A stretch of DNA of 32,222 nt from Bipalium vagum (GCA_037834085.1 JBBMKC010241515.1:1-32222); one strand, 5' to 3'; counted from the stretch's first letter, positions 1 to 11,831 are shown. Translations and numbers: made by a program. The notes: generated from the sequence alone by a model not told the origin.

Positions 1-66
<66 letters not shown>

Positions 67-74
67 GTAATAAT
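1..74. repeat. (AAT)n microsatellite, truncated by window start
   Basis: Near-perfect ataataata run with one G substitution near the end. Confidence 0.97.
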
Positions 75-249
75 TTAAATATTATAATTTCTTAAATTTT
101 TAAAAAAAAGATATTATTTTTCCCTTTTTTCTGTATTTAATTATTTTTTTTAATAAAACGATGCCCCAGGGTTAAGGGGACTGCTTAAAAGTCGAAATAA
201 ATTGAAAACTATAAAAGGTAGCCCACACAATTCTTTCAAAATGTAGTGG

Positions 250-1150
250 ACAATCGTATCATTAAAACAACAGAAAATCGCTTCCATGCATATCTGAATT
301 TAACAATGGTATCACAATTCTTATTTGAGTATTTGTATTTGGTGTTATCCTTGACCTAGAAACGTTCAATTGGTCTCATTTTGACACATTCGTTGAGTTA
401 CCAATCTTGTAAACCAATGATATATATTCTTCATTTAATGTTCTATCACACATTTGGGATAATATGGGGTAGACAGATCTGGCCAGAACAAGACTTAATG
501 ATCTTTTCTGAATTTATGAATAGAAGGACTAGACTAATTTTGTGCATTCTTCGAAATAAATTTTGCTATTTATGTTACCTTTATGTATACATGGTTCAGT
601 GATGTCACCATTCTGTACAATGACCTGCCAAACCAAATATGTCTGTGGAAGTTTCAATTTTAACTCTCAATCCACTTCTTTCTGAGAATCAGTGTTATCA
701 AACTCTTTTCAAGGTAATTGGGCTGAATCAATATGAGAGTATGTTTCATATGATCAATAATAAAGAATTTTTGATCAATAACATTCTAATGGAACTTTCA
801 GTCTTCTCCTTTTGATCTTTAACAATTTTTCCTGATTTTTTTCAGACTTATTGTATTCAATTTCTGCTTTGCTGACCGTTTAGAGGCCTCAACGTTTGAA
901 CAAACTTTCCTCTCACTTGTATTTGGATACCTTTCATATTGTGTCTTTATATTGCCCAGCCTTGACTTCGTTAGTACAACTGGTTTATGATCATATTTCT
1001 TTAAGTATTCAATGTTACCCGTGTTTACGTACAGTTTGACAAACTATTGCTTATCTGTTCCTTCATCTATGAAATGACTCACATTCGATTTACGATTGTT
1101 ACTTGATAGCTGGAAAAATCTATTTATACGTTTTGCATTTCTTCACCTTT
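250..1150 (-). mobile_element. Degenerate IS630-Tc1-mariner transposase of DD37E (ITmD37E)-like type
   Basis: Minus-strand translation across frameshifts gives, in order: KRINRFF..VSHFIDEG (N-term), FFIID/YETYSHIDSAQLP*KEF (first D, cf. MDDETY), LPQTYLVWQVI, NSKIYFEEC, VLFWPDLSTPYY (second D) and NSTNVS/MRPIERF* (E). The D-to-E distance is 109 nt, which equals 37 codons with two 1-nt deletions. Ends are approximate. Confidence 0.8.
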
Positions 1151-1839
1151 TTCTACTCAAAATAAAACAAATTGTTACTTAAATAAGCTAAATAATTTTA
1201 AATTAATTAGAAATACCAAAAATAGTAAACACATTTTAAATTGCCTCCAATTAATAGTTTAAACCAGTCCGATTAAACATGGAGACCTTTCATTTTATGA
1301 ATTGCACATGCTTCTATTTGTAAGTAATATATCAAAATAAAAAATCTACAGGAATGATCGAAGAATTTTTTCAGACTTTTTAATGTTACAAAGTTGAAAT
1401 TATATTGAAATAAAGTTCTTCGGAATTTTTTTTCTATTCTAAATCAAACTTATTGTATATATAAGAAGGTAATCCTTCACTTAAGCGGCGTAAAATATTT
1501 TCAATTATCAAACATTCTCCTGACATATACTTTTAACTATTTATAATTTTTGAATTTATCTTAGTAAGCAAATGTCTCGCGTAGATCAAGAACCCAAACG
1601 CCGTTAATTGATTTCAATGACATCTTACTTCCAGAAGATATTTTGCAAGAAGACCAGCGTCTATTATAACTCGATAATCATCGACAATCATTATGGGTCA
1701 CAAAGTCGGGTCATTCGAAATAGTATATACTGTAACTAATGTAACTGTCCTTTTACAACTAAATATATATCAGGATGCAAAAGAATGGTTGGCGAAAGGT
1801 ACTGAAAATCATGCAAGCAACGTAAACAAATAGCTATCT

Positions 1840-2012
1840 TGGGAATCCAAAATAAGTCGAGTTTTTAATGAATAATAAAATGTTGTGACGTAACAAACTT
1901 GCTTTCATGTATTGCTAATGTATAATGTGTTTTGCGTATCTTGAACATTTTTGTCAAATGAACAACTTACAAATTTCGGTGTCTTGATGCTCATGTTAAG
2001 CAGGTTCAACTG
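1840..2012 (+). mobile_element. 3' end and right TIR of a pogo/Tigger-like element
   Basis: Ends ...catgttaagcaggttcaactg|TA. The terminal 18 bp are the exact reverse complement of 18875-18892. Preceded by a possible pogo-like C-terminus (ESKISRVFNE*). Confidence 0.55.
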
Positions 2013-2189
2013 TATAGGAAATATATTACAATCGATTCAAAAAATCACCAAAAACAAATGATATTGATATATTTAAACAATTTATTAATTGATTGAATAT
2101 GAATTATTAAAAAAAGCATTGCTTACACTCACTTATCTTTTTATGCAAATTTTTTTAAGCGATTATGAAGTTATGCGCTTTATTAATCA

Positions 2190-2950
2190 ATCACAGTTAC
2201 AGATGTTTGGAAGGATTTTAATTTTTTGAACTGTATAAACCATGTTGCATTAGCAATTGCTGAAATTAAACCATACACATTAAACGCATGTTGGAAAGAA
2301 GTTTGGCCTGAAGATGTAGGGATGCGCCAAATCAAATAACAGTCATATCATCAAAAACTATTTCACTGGCCAAAGCAATTGGTGGCGAAGACTTTGCTAA
2401 ATTTGACGAGAACGATTTTGAAGAATTGCTTGAGGACGAAGCCTTATATGACAAAGAAATTTTAGAAAGTTTGGAATTAGATACTATCGAAGATTCTTTT
2501 GAAGACAATGATTAAGAAGAAAAATCAGTCCCACTTAGTGCCAATTTAATTTGCGAAGGAAAATCATTTTCTATTAAATGACAACGATTCAGAGCGTGCC
2601 TTAAAATTTAAACGTTATCTGAAATTTTGTATATCAGGTTACCGAATACTCTACAAACATTTATCCAAGCCATCACTGACATTAATTACTGACGATTTTA
2701 TGCCCTAATAATAATAATGCGGTTTGTTTTCATGTTTTTTTGTTTAATTGCTATTCTTCGTATTTATAATCAGTTGAGACCTTGAAAATAACATTTTATA
2801 AAAAAAAAATTTTCAAATTCCAATGGGGAACCATAAGATAAAAATTTCCAGGACGGTGGTCCGTTTCTATCATTTTGTATATAAATACATGTTTTTTATA
2901 TGTACGACTTTTTCTTGTCCGTATCTACCGCATAAAATGAAGATTGAGTG
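2190..2950 (+). mobile_element. Tigger/TIGD1-like pogo transposase C-terminal remnant with degenerate right end
   Basis: Translates VWKDFNFLNCINHVALAIAEIKPYTLNACWKEVWPE, then ISLAKAIGGEDFAKFDENDFEELL, an acidic tract and DNDSERALKFKR...LITDDF*. Contains stops and frameshifts. A Tigger-like terminus (...ctaccgcataaaatgaagattgagtg) lies near 2950. Confidence 0.8.
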
Positions 2951-3019
2951 AACTCTTTATACTGATATTTTACCGATTATTGTGTAATATTTTTACAATT
3001 TTTTGACATTGTGTAATAC

Positions 3020-3093
3020 ATGTCCGTTACTTTTCTGTAACGAACATCAGTAAAAATTTCTAACTTGCTGTTCGTTAATTAGAGGTTGACCTG
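3020..3093 (+). mobile_element. Isolated right TIR of a Tigger-like element
   Basis: ...gttcgttaattagaggttgacctg|TA with an internal taacgaac subrepeat, resembling Tigger-type termini. Confidence 0.5.
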
Positions 3094-3264
3094 TATATAC
3101 ATTTCATGTTTAATTTACGTTACTTGCTTATATTATATATTTTTATATCTTAATACATATTGGGGCAATCATTAATATTTATCTATAAATTATTATTATT
3201 AATTAATTATTATTACTATTATTATTAAATGAATCGAAAATGGTATATATTTTTATAGACAACT

Positions 3265-3993
3265 ATGGGAACAGAAGTGTCATTTAGCGATTTTACGAAT
3301 GAAACTGTCAATGGTTCATCCAGAATCCCGTGGGATTTCAATGAAAAGGTGGTGATAGTCATATCCTATTCGACCTCCATTGGTCTGTCGACCATTGGAA
3401 ATGCATTAGTTATCATTGTATTTTGGGTCGGATCTTTCAGACCAAACAGAAATAATGAGGTTCGACAATTCTTGACCAACCTCGCTGTGTCTGACCTGTT
3501 AATAAGTTTATTTTGTTTACCTTTCACCTTTACCTACATCCTTCTGTGGGACTGGCCGTTTCCCTATATCTTCTGTCCGATAGTCTTGTCGATCCAGCTA
3601 CTTTCTGTCACAGCGTCTAGTATTACAAACATGGTGATCGGCCTTGACAGATTTTGGGTGGTCATCTATCCCATGAAATCCCGCATAACGAGACGTAAAT
3701 CCGGCTGGGTCATTGGTTGCATTTGGATCGGCTCAATTATGTTCTGTTCAGTACAATGTTTCGTAAGTAGCGCTCATGTCACCAGCGACGGATATACGGA
3801 GTGCAGTGAGAAATGGACTTATAACTTGTTGCAGATTTCCTATACGATTTCCATATTGATGATAACGTATATCCTTCCTCTTTGTGTTCTAACGGTCACT
3901 TACTCCATTGTCGGCATAAAACTCTGGAGACGTTCACTGCCAGGAGAGGCTGACCAAATGCGGGACGCCAAGCACATGAAATCGAAAATAAAG
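3265..3993 (+). CDS. Class A neuropeptide GPCR (tachykinin/RYamide-luqin/GPR83-like), coding exon 1: N-terminus, TM1-TM5, ICL3
   Basis: N-glycosylation sequons NET and NGS; TM1 GNALV; TM2 NLAVSD..CLPFTF; ECL1 WPF; TM3 Cys and DRF; TM4 W; ECL2 Cys (ECSEKW); TM5 YILPL...Y; KLWRRSLPGE. Ends at the GT donor at 3994. A candidate acceptor ttttatAG sits at 3257-3258. Confidence 0.95.
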
Positions 3994-4306
3994 GTAATTT
4001 TTGTCCCATAAATTGTATAACACTTTCATTGATGACGACCATCAACCATTTCCAAATATCAGTCAAACATCCGGTAGCCATTTTGGCATTTTTATGATTG
4101 CACTTCCGGGCATCTAATTCTTTACCTAATTATAATTGATGATTATATAAAATAACGAGTTTTATTAAGCTAAATAATGTTTTAGAAAATAAAAAATAAA
4201 TAAAAACAAAAATGGAATTCTCTCCTCTTTTTAATTAGAGGAGACCTAATTTCGCCGAAGGAAACAATTCAGTTAAACAAACATTACAAAATTAGGCTGT
4301 TAAAAT

Positions 4307-4307
4307 A

Positions 4308-4338
<31 letters not shown>

Positions 4339-4388
4339 TATTATTATTATTATTGTTATTATTATTGTTATTATTTTTATTATTATTA
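4307..4388. repeat. (ATT)n microsatellite in intron 1
   Basis: About 27 units with a few act/gtt/ttt variants. Confidence 0.95.
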
Positions 4389-5009
4389 AATACCTGCAAT
4401 AATTAATATCACACAAAATAAAAAAGAAAAAAGATTTATTATATATTACCACTTTTTCATTATTTATATTTAATGATTAATATAAATATTTATATATTCT
4501 TGGAAATAATCGTATTAAAAATGGGAGTATTTTTTCATAACTTTCTAACAGAATTATTCAAATCCCTTTTTTGAAAATTTTTCTAAATTTATGATAATAA
4601 TAATAATTTTTTATTATTAATATTATTATTAGTATTATTAATATTAATAATAATATCAATATAATTTTTTTTATTCGGGAAAACGTATTATATTTTTATG
4701 AATATATATATTATTTATTTATTTATTTTTAGACTTACCTCGCGGAATCTTATCACAGATTATTCACTTTCATTTAATTGAATTTTTAGTGAATTTTTAT
4801 TTTTATTTAATTTAATTATTCCATATAATAAAACAAGTGAAGCGAATTAGAGGTAATACTTTGCCTCTCATGGATTAAAATAGATTAAAATGAGCTTTCA
4901 CCCTTTTTAATGGAAATATTCCCAAGAAAATATTGATAAGAATATTATCGGGATTTTTATTAAAAATCGAATTGAATTTTCGTTAAAAGGGACACTTTCC
5001 TAATTCTAG

Positions 5010-5213
5010 GTCATCAAAATGCTGTCTGTAATCGTCATTTGCTTCGGTATTTGTTGGATGCCCCTGCACCTGTTCTTCGTGGAAGCCCACATCTCCCAGT
5101 TTCAGGGGTACACGAAGTTGCGCAATGTCATCTACGTGGTTTGTCACTGGGTTGCCATGTCCAACAGCTTCGTCAACCCGGTCGTCTACAGCTTCATGAA
5201 CGATTCGTTTAAA
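5010..5213 (+). CDS. Class A neuropeptide GPCR, coding exon 2: TM6-TM7
   Basis: VIKMLSVIVICFGICWMPLHLF (CWxP motif) and CHWVAMSNSFVNPVVYSFMNDSFK (NPxxY motif). Flanked by AG at 5008-5009 and GT at 5214-5215; 204 nt, phase 0/0. Confidence 0.95.
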
Positions 5214-5930
5214 GTAATTTGAGATATTTTATTATTGTTATTTGTTTCAAATTAAATTGATAATAAAAAGTATAAAAGTGGAGCTATAAGTTACTTTTTC
5301 ACTTAATTAGATCGTGGATTGTCTGTTCCATGTCTGGTTTTGATCATAGTCTACTCTAAATGATTCTAACTTGTGATCACAACGTCTCTTTAGTTGGATA
5401 TCAAAAAGTCTGATAATCGTAGGTAAAGAATAAATTTGACACCGAAAACTCCTTTTCCTGAGATTACAGTAATCTTCTTTTAATGGCTCCTTTTAGAATC
5501 CTTTATGTAATCTTATAAAAAATTAAAAAGAATATTTAGTCCTTGCCGATTTTCAATTATTAAGATAAAATAGATTTTATAATGATTCAGGTACTTTCAT
5601 TATCATTCTGCAAACCTTAAGGGGAAGGGATTTCAAAGGTTTCATTTGAAGAGATCTCTGTAAAATTGTAAATATGCCCGGACGTCAGAAAAGTCTGTAG
5701 ACATGGTTGAAATGTATTTGAGATACTCTAATTCGTTCATACCGAAGTCATCAAACCGAGAAACAGTATAATTAGAAATTTTGAACAATTTTCTGACATT
5801 AGCCAATAGTATGGACATCAGCTTTTGGATACCAACTTGAACAAAATTCATATTTTCGCTAACAACATGTTTATTTTCTAAACAAATTCTAATGACTTCT
5901 CGTATAACTCAATACATTAAATCAATATTC

Positions 5931-6749
5931 TTAAGTCTGGTCATAATTTTTCGTGAATTTAATGTATTACAATTTTTGTTCAACCAGATTATATTTAATG
6001 ATTAGTAAAAATAGTTATTTGAAATCGATTTTACTTATTAACAAAATTATCGTAAGTATATGGATAGATCATTTAATATTTTAAAAAATCAACATGTTTG
6101 AAATGAAATGCCAAATTGATCAAAAGCACCATTTTCGACACTTATTATTATTTTATTTTAATCACGATAACAAAGTAGCAGAGGCTGTCAAGGAAAATTG
6201 CAGTGTGTACGGAAAAAATGTTTTGACCTGGTCAACTGCAAAATATTGATATAATAAATTTGAGAACGGTACATTTGACCTTAAAGACACGCAACACATC
6301 AGTTGTCAATGCAATTTCGAAGATAACCAGTTGATCAAACTGGTGGAAATGGACGGTCGTGAAACATGCAGGGACTTGTCACAAAAGATAAACAGCAATC
6401 CAGTGACAGTCTTCCATCACCTAAAATCAAATGGTTATTGTCAAAAAATTGGTTCCTATGGACCATATCGGTTAAATGAAAAAATCCGAGAAAGTCGTTT
6501 AAATATTGCAGTTCAGAATCTTGCCAGACACCGGATGATCTTCAAATTTTGATCACAAATTTTCTTCAGAGCAAATCTAGCAATTTCTGGAATATAGGTT
6601 TCGACAAATTAGTGGAAAGATGGCAGAAGATCCTAAACAATGACGGAAGTTGTGTCATCCAATGATTTTCATTATTATTCGTAAATAAACTGTTTTAATT
6701 ACTTCATTTTATATATTGTAAAAAGTCACGAAAAATTGTTACAACCTAA
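5931..6749 (+). mobile_element. Internally deleted mariner (mellifera-like) with both TIRs
   Basis: The TIRs share the core aatttttcgtga; the right end is ...acaacctaa|TA. From 6103 it translates MKCQIDQKHHFRHLLLFYFN...SVYG...KY*YNKFENGTFDLKD...HHLKSNGYCQKIG, then jumps near 6533 to the C-terminus FWNIGFDKLVERWQKILNNDGSCVIQ* (6665). The DD34D domain is missing. Confidence 0.9.
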
Positions 6750-7464
6750 TACATTCAGTCATTAACATGTAAATGAACAGAGTACCACAAAGTAGTCGTG
6801 CAGTTATGCATGCACACACATCAGTACAAATAAATTATCGACCCGCTCTTTCCGGAGAAATATAAGTCCGATTTTCAGTAGATGTGAAATTGAAAATTTT
6901 ATTTATTTATTTTATTTTCCCAATTAAACAGGTCACATTATTATTTGAGAAGAGTCCAAAGTGGAAAAATAAAATGAACATTTCACACTGTGTTTTCGTC
7001 TACAAATTGGTTTCTCAATGCATTTTCCAGTTGAAAAATGACAAATATTTGTTGATAGACCAAACAGACCAGGCACAGACTGCGTTGAGAAATTCTCCGT
7101 GAAATTTGAGGCATGAAATGCCATTGAAAACATTTAATAATCACGTATATGATGCATTTTTGGATGGAGAGATCAGTGGATGTTAAATTATAAATATTTT
7201 GTTTTAATTGTCAATGGCAGAAGATGGGGTTTTTTTCTTCGGTTTTTTTTATTTTCAGAAAAATACTGAAAAAATGTTGATGAAAAATTCAAAGGAATAT
7301 CCTCGTTCCCCTAGCAGATTATTTTATGTTACGCAACTTTAAGACGTTGATTAAGCAGTATTACTTTACTCGGATCTTCAGCATTTCTTTATTCTGTTAC
7401 CTTTGATCTCACAAAATTTTGATTAAAACGGTTTTAAATTAATTTTGTTTCACAGTAAAACATC

Positions 7465-8291
7465 ATTTTACTTAAACCATCACAGATCAGCCACGTCGAC
7501 CCTGTTTGGTGAAATATTCATTTTTGTTAACAATGTCCTGTCAAAAGCATTGCAATCCTTCTGGACCACCCAGGTTAAATTTCTCTTCGAAAAATATTAC
7601 ATTTTGCCAATGTACATCTCAAGTTTCGTGAGTTCTAGCGAGATGGAAACAAGCTTAATATATCGATCATCGAATTTTAGAACAGCCATTCCTTTTGCAT
7701 ACTTCAAGGTGCCACTGTGCACTTTAGTATCGTATTCTTGATTACTCCAAGTGAAATAATAAACTTTTGATCCCTCGATGATAACCTAAACCTTTTCCAG
7801 AATTTCTTTTCCTTTCGGAGTTCACTGATTGTTAATATATTTCGAAATGGTCGATTTTTTTCCACTAACACGTTTCGCAATAGTATTCAAATGTAGGTCT
7901 TGAGATATTAAGCCTTCAAATTCAGACAAGTCGCTTTTTCTCTCCATGCCACGAAATTATTAAATTTAAATTCATTTGTGAATTTTAAAACAAATAAATA
8001 AACAACCTTAATTTATTTAAATATTAAACGTTATTTAAATTTCTTTGTAACAAATTAAATGAATTAATAAAACAAAATTAAAATGTTCCTTAAAATATTC
8101 CTATTTTTTGGAGTGTTTAAAATTCAAATATATGACAAAAGAGGATTTCATTCGAAATAGCTGAAGCATGTTGTATTTGTTTTAAATGATTAATTTAATC
8201 TCAAAGTAATATCAATTTTTAGCTTTACTTTTGTAACTATATATAGTATTTTAATTAAATTTAACGAAAGTGGTCTCTATTAAGGTCACTG
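7465..8291 (-). mobile_element. Tc3-like Tc1-family transposon remnant (5' part)
   Basis: From the ATG at 7947 it reads MERKSDLSEFE...IAKRVSGKKSTISKYIN (HTH-like), and later VIFFEEKFNLGGPEGLQCF*QD...GRRG*SVMV* (cf. Tc3 FSDEKKFNLDGPDG...SVMVW). A putative 5' TIR cagtgaccttaatagagaccac begins at 8291. Confidence 0.8.
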
Positions 8292-8519
8292 TGCTCCCAT
8301 AAAACGCTCATCTAATTAAAGAATCACTCTGTAAGTCTGGATTCTAAAAAAATTGTATAACATAAGAAATATTAAATTCATAAATATTAAACTAACCTTG
8401 ACAAATGACGTGCAGTGATATCGAAGTTCAACCTTTTTTACTTTAATATATCTTCACAAGAAGTTTTTCAACTTTTGATTGGGTTGCTAAGTTTTCTGAC
8501 CCCTCTGTTCACCATGCTT

Positions 8520-9000
8520 TACTTGAAGAAGATGACTGATGATAAATATAAACCAATTTGTAGGCCATCGTGTTTGAAATTAATAGAAACAAATTGATGC
8601 TATGTACGAGACGGAGTGAAAAATGCTGATAATACAAGGGAAACAAAAACAGCAAAAGATGTCCCAAACCCAAAGAGCGATCGTGTTATGCAGTACCCAT
8701 TAACAGTTGACTAAAAAGAAATCATAACATTGCGACGTAATGAAGGGGTAATTCAGATCAAACATTCTTAGGGATCAACGTAACGTTTGTAGAAATGCTG
8801 CATTTACAGGATGAATCATTTACGAAACCCGGGAACGTTTTTTTTCAGTTGATCAAAGATCGGAAATTTATACCTTTAAAGAAGCCGAATCAAGATATTT
8901 CTAATAGTTTTTTTGGATTCTAAAGGTTCAATCATGGAAAGAATTTGTTTCACAGGACCTGGTGATTAACACCGAATATTGTTTCGGTGTTTGGTCGAAA
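8520..9000 (+). mobile_element. Highly decayed mariner transposase fragment (irritans-like)
   Basis: RIKIFLIVFLDSKGSI / KEFVSQDLVINTEYCFGV (cf. KTMLIVFFDSKGIVHKEFVPPGQTVN), with weaker upstream motifs (PLTVD*KE). Confidence 0.6.
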
Positions 9001-10188
9001 TTTCTGAAAAAGAATTTATCTTTTATTCTATTGGTTAAAATGTTTTAATTTTTTATTAGCAAAAGATTACTCTGAAATTAGATTATAAAAAAAAATAAAA
9101 AAGAAAAACTTAAAATGAAAAAACAACAATGTTATCTCTAAATTTGTTTATCATTCATTGTGACTGTTCAATGAGAGCCCAAAGCGATCTTCGAACCTTC
9201 ATTTAAGACAGGGAATTATCTAAAATAAATATAAAAGAATGATTTTTGGCCAGTCTGCTCACTCTGAGATATTGGCTAGCTTTCAATGAGAAAAGTTATC
9301 TGACTATGTATTTGGCGAAAGTCCATCAGGTTTGTTCACATCCAAACCCACCTTAACCCTAATTTTGACTATCTCCAAAGAGAAAGGGACTTTTAGGATT
9401 TATTTGATAGTTGTGAATCCCCTGTGATATACACATAACACTGGCTTTATTTTTCGTTTAATCTGCTGAGCCAAACAAGAAATTCCCCAAAATCCTACAA
9501 TGGGACAGAAGGGATACTACGGCCACAAAAATTCAACCGTTCGTCAATCATTCATCATTTATGAAAAAAAAACCGAGAGCAATTGACATTCTAAACCCTG
9601 AAATAATGAAAAAATGTAATTACTGCAATCAGCGTTCTCCAATAACACTTTTATTAAAAATATTAATTAAAATAAAATGATATTTTTATTAGTGTAATTA
9701 TCATTATTTTCTTCGGGAAGATTATTTTATTTTATTAATTTTTTATATTATTAAAAAATAATTATTAATTAATCTTAAATAAATTTATTTGTTTAGTTGA
9801 AGTAAAGTTTGCTCGAAAATTAATCAGATAATATTTTTAATAATTTTCGTTGCCTTGGAAACCAGTAAATAATTCGAGTATTTAAACAAATATTAAATAT
9901 TAAACAAAAAATCAAAATTAATTAATTAATAATTTTGTATAATGCTCCTGTTAAACATTTTAATTTAATTAGAAATTTTAATAAAATTTACCACAGTCTA
10001 TCCAAAGGTCTGTTCACTTGCAAAAATATGTTAGCACATGAAAAATATTTAACCATTTAAGGGATGAGGTGAGAGGTGTGACTAGGTTATTTTGTAACAA
10101 AAATTTCAGTTGGTTTGCTGCAGTCATTTAAAGTTATGATAATTTCGTAAGTGCGCTATTACTCATTTGTCATTCTATATTTAAAAAT

Positions 10189-10345
10189 ATGGAGGTTACA
10201 AGTGAAAAGCTCAATTCTCTTATTGAAACATGAAAACGCAAATATTTGGAGACTGAAGAATGTAATCAGTTTATCTGGTATTCAGATTACTAATCTGGAC
10301 AACAAATTTCTTTAGAAGACAAGTCGAGATACAGATGCCCTCAGT
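10189..10345 (+). mobile_element. Possible mariner N-terminal fragment
   Basis: MEVTSEKL... followed by SGQQISLEDKSRYRCP, resembling SG..SLEDD.RSGRP. Weak. Confidence 0.35.
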
Positions 10346-10364
10346 CTTCTCATTGTAATGGGCT

Positions 10365-10600
10365 TAAGAAGATGGTGCATGAATTAGTAAATAATGATGA
10401 ATGAATGTACTGATGCTTCTTCTCATGGTTTGATACAACGTAATATATTTACTGAAGATCTCCATTAGAAGCGGAAAAGAACTTACATAAACTTCTACAA
10501 GCAAGCCGTATGTTTGCGCTTCAGTTTTCCTGACAATATAATGATGCAACAAAATTTCCAATCAATGATATTTTTTGAAATGGATGACATCATCTATTTT
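10365..10600 (-). mobile_element. Internally deleted mariner fragment (mauritiana-like N-terminus)
   Basis: MSSISKN../LEILLHHYIVRKTEAQTYGLLVEVY matches a Mos1-type N-terminal helix, then joins sequence resembling the element's 3' end. Confidence 0.65.
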
Positions 10601-10635
10601 AAATTGATATTATTTAAACAAAGATTTAATCAATA

Positions 10636-10920
10636 CCGTCTTTTCTATAATTAAGGTCCGGGCTTGTATTAGAGAAGGGATGGATGAAATAGAAGGGCTT
10701 GTGTTCTAGCATACCAATAAAAAACGTCACAGAAAACGAAATAATACCCTTTCTCCTTATCACAAGTGATCTTGTTCTATACTATCGCATATTTAACTTC
10801 ACTTCTAATAAGTAATAGTTTTATTTTTAAATGAAGGTCAAAAAATCAATCAAAAAAGTTAGTCAATAGAAGCCACCATCGCTTCTAATATAGGAAGGGC
10901 TTTAATTATAGAAAAGACAG
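10636..10920. mobile_element. 285-bp MITE (Tc1/mariner-pogo superfamily type) with TA target duplication
   Basis: TA|ccgtcttttctataattaaggtcc ... gggctttaattatagaaaagacag|TA: about 24-bp TIRs with 3 mismatches and no coding capacity. Confidence 0.88.
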
Positions 10921-11831
10921 TAAAGATTTTTAATCAATTAGAGGCATTCATGTTTTTTACAAGATGTTTGATTTTAAGAATGCATACAGAATGTAAGTCA
11001 AATTTTTAACGAAACCATTGTAAAAGCCTAATATTGTTACTATAGCAAATCATTTAAGTTCCGACAAATGATTACACATTATTACCTACAAAAAGTCATC
11101 ATGTGTTAGACAATGATATAGTTATGAAGGCTTATAGAAGATCAACAGACATCTCTTTACATTATCTACCATACAACGGGTGATCAATTAAATCCACCAG
11201 GGTCCATGACTAACATAAATATAGATAAAAGTACTTGGGAAATTAAAGACCCCGAGCGAGGAAGTAAAAATACTTTTAATAATATATATTAAAATAATAA
11301 TATTAATAAATCAAGATTTCATGATAAAAGGTAATTATTTCTAATTCATAATTAATTAAATGAAGCCCCACGAAATATAATAAAGAAAATATATTTTTAG
11401 AGTTAATTACATTTAAAATTGATTTACCCATAATATTTGGTTGGAAAATGAATATTTAAAATAATATTAAAAACACGGGTATCAAAATATTTCAGAAATA
11501 TAAGTTAATCTATTTGGAATAGTTAAACAAAACGAAATCAATTAAACAAACAAATAAATAAAAATCAATTAATATCAAAAAGGCACAAGTCAGAATAAAC
11601 AAGTATTATCAATAATAATATTAAAATTTTTGTTGAGAAAATTTCGCAGAAAATAAAAAATATCCAAAGTCTATTAGACCGATTTTCAGACAAATATGGA
11701 TCCCCGCTTGTCGCAAAAGATTACTGAATATAAATTAAGCATTAATTTGATCGTCGTAAGAGACTTTCTGGGTTCAATTAAATATCAATTTTAATCGTCC
11801 TATAAAATAGGAATTTTAAAATAATGGTGGG

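Noticed and set aside
381-602. Short ORF-track entries such as 381-602, 7445-7741, 18310-18525 and 20705-20905
   Set aside because: They are opposite-strand or off-frame readings of decayed transposons, or chance ORFs with non-ATG starts in a eukaryote.
1406-1432. Hairpin with a cUUCGg loop followed by a T-run, resembling an intrinsic terminator
   Set aside because: The context is eukaryotic, the stem is short and AT-rich, and there is no upstream gene.
5617-5870. TTAA-GGGG starts (also near 172 and 14237) suggesting Kolobok-like elements
   Set aside because: No matching right terminus or TIR pair was found in the window.
8536-8580. CTGATGA...GAAA hammerhead ribozyme core candidates (also near 15598)
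   Set aside because: The required stems, especially the stem II closing pair, do not form.
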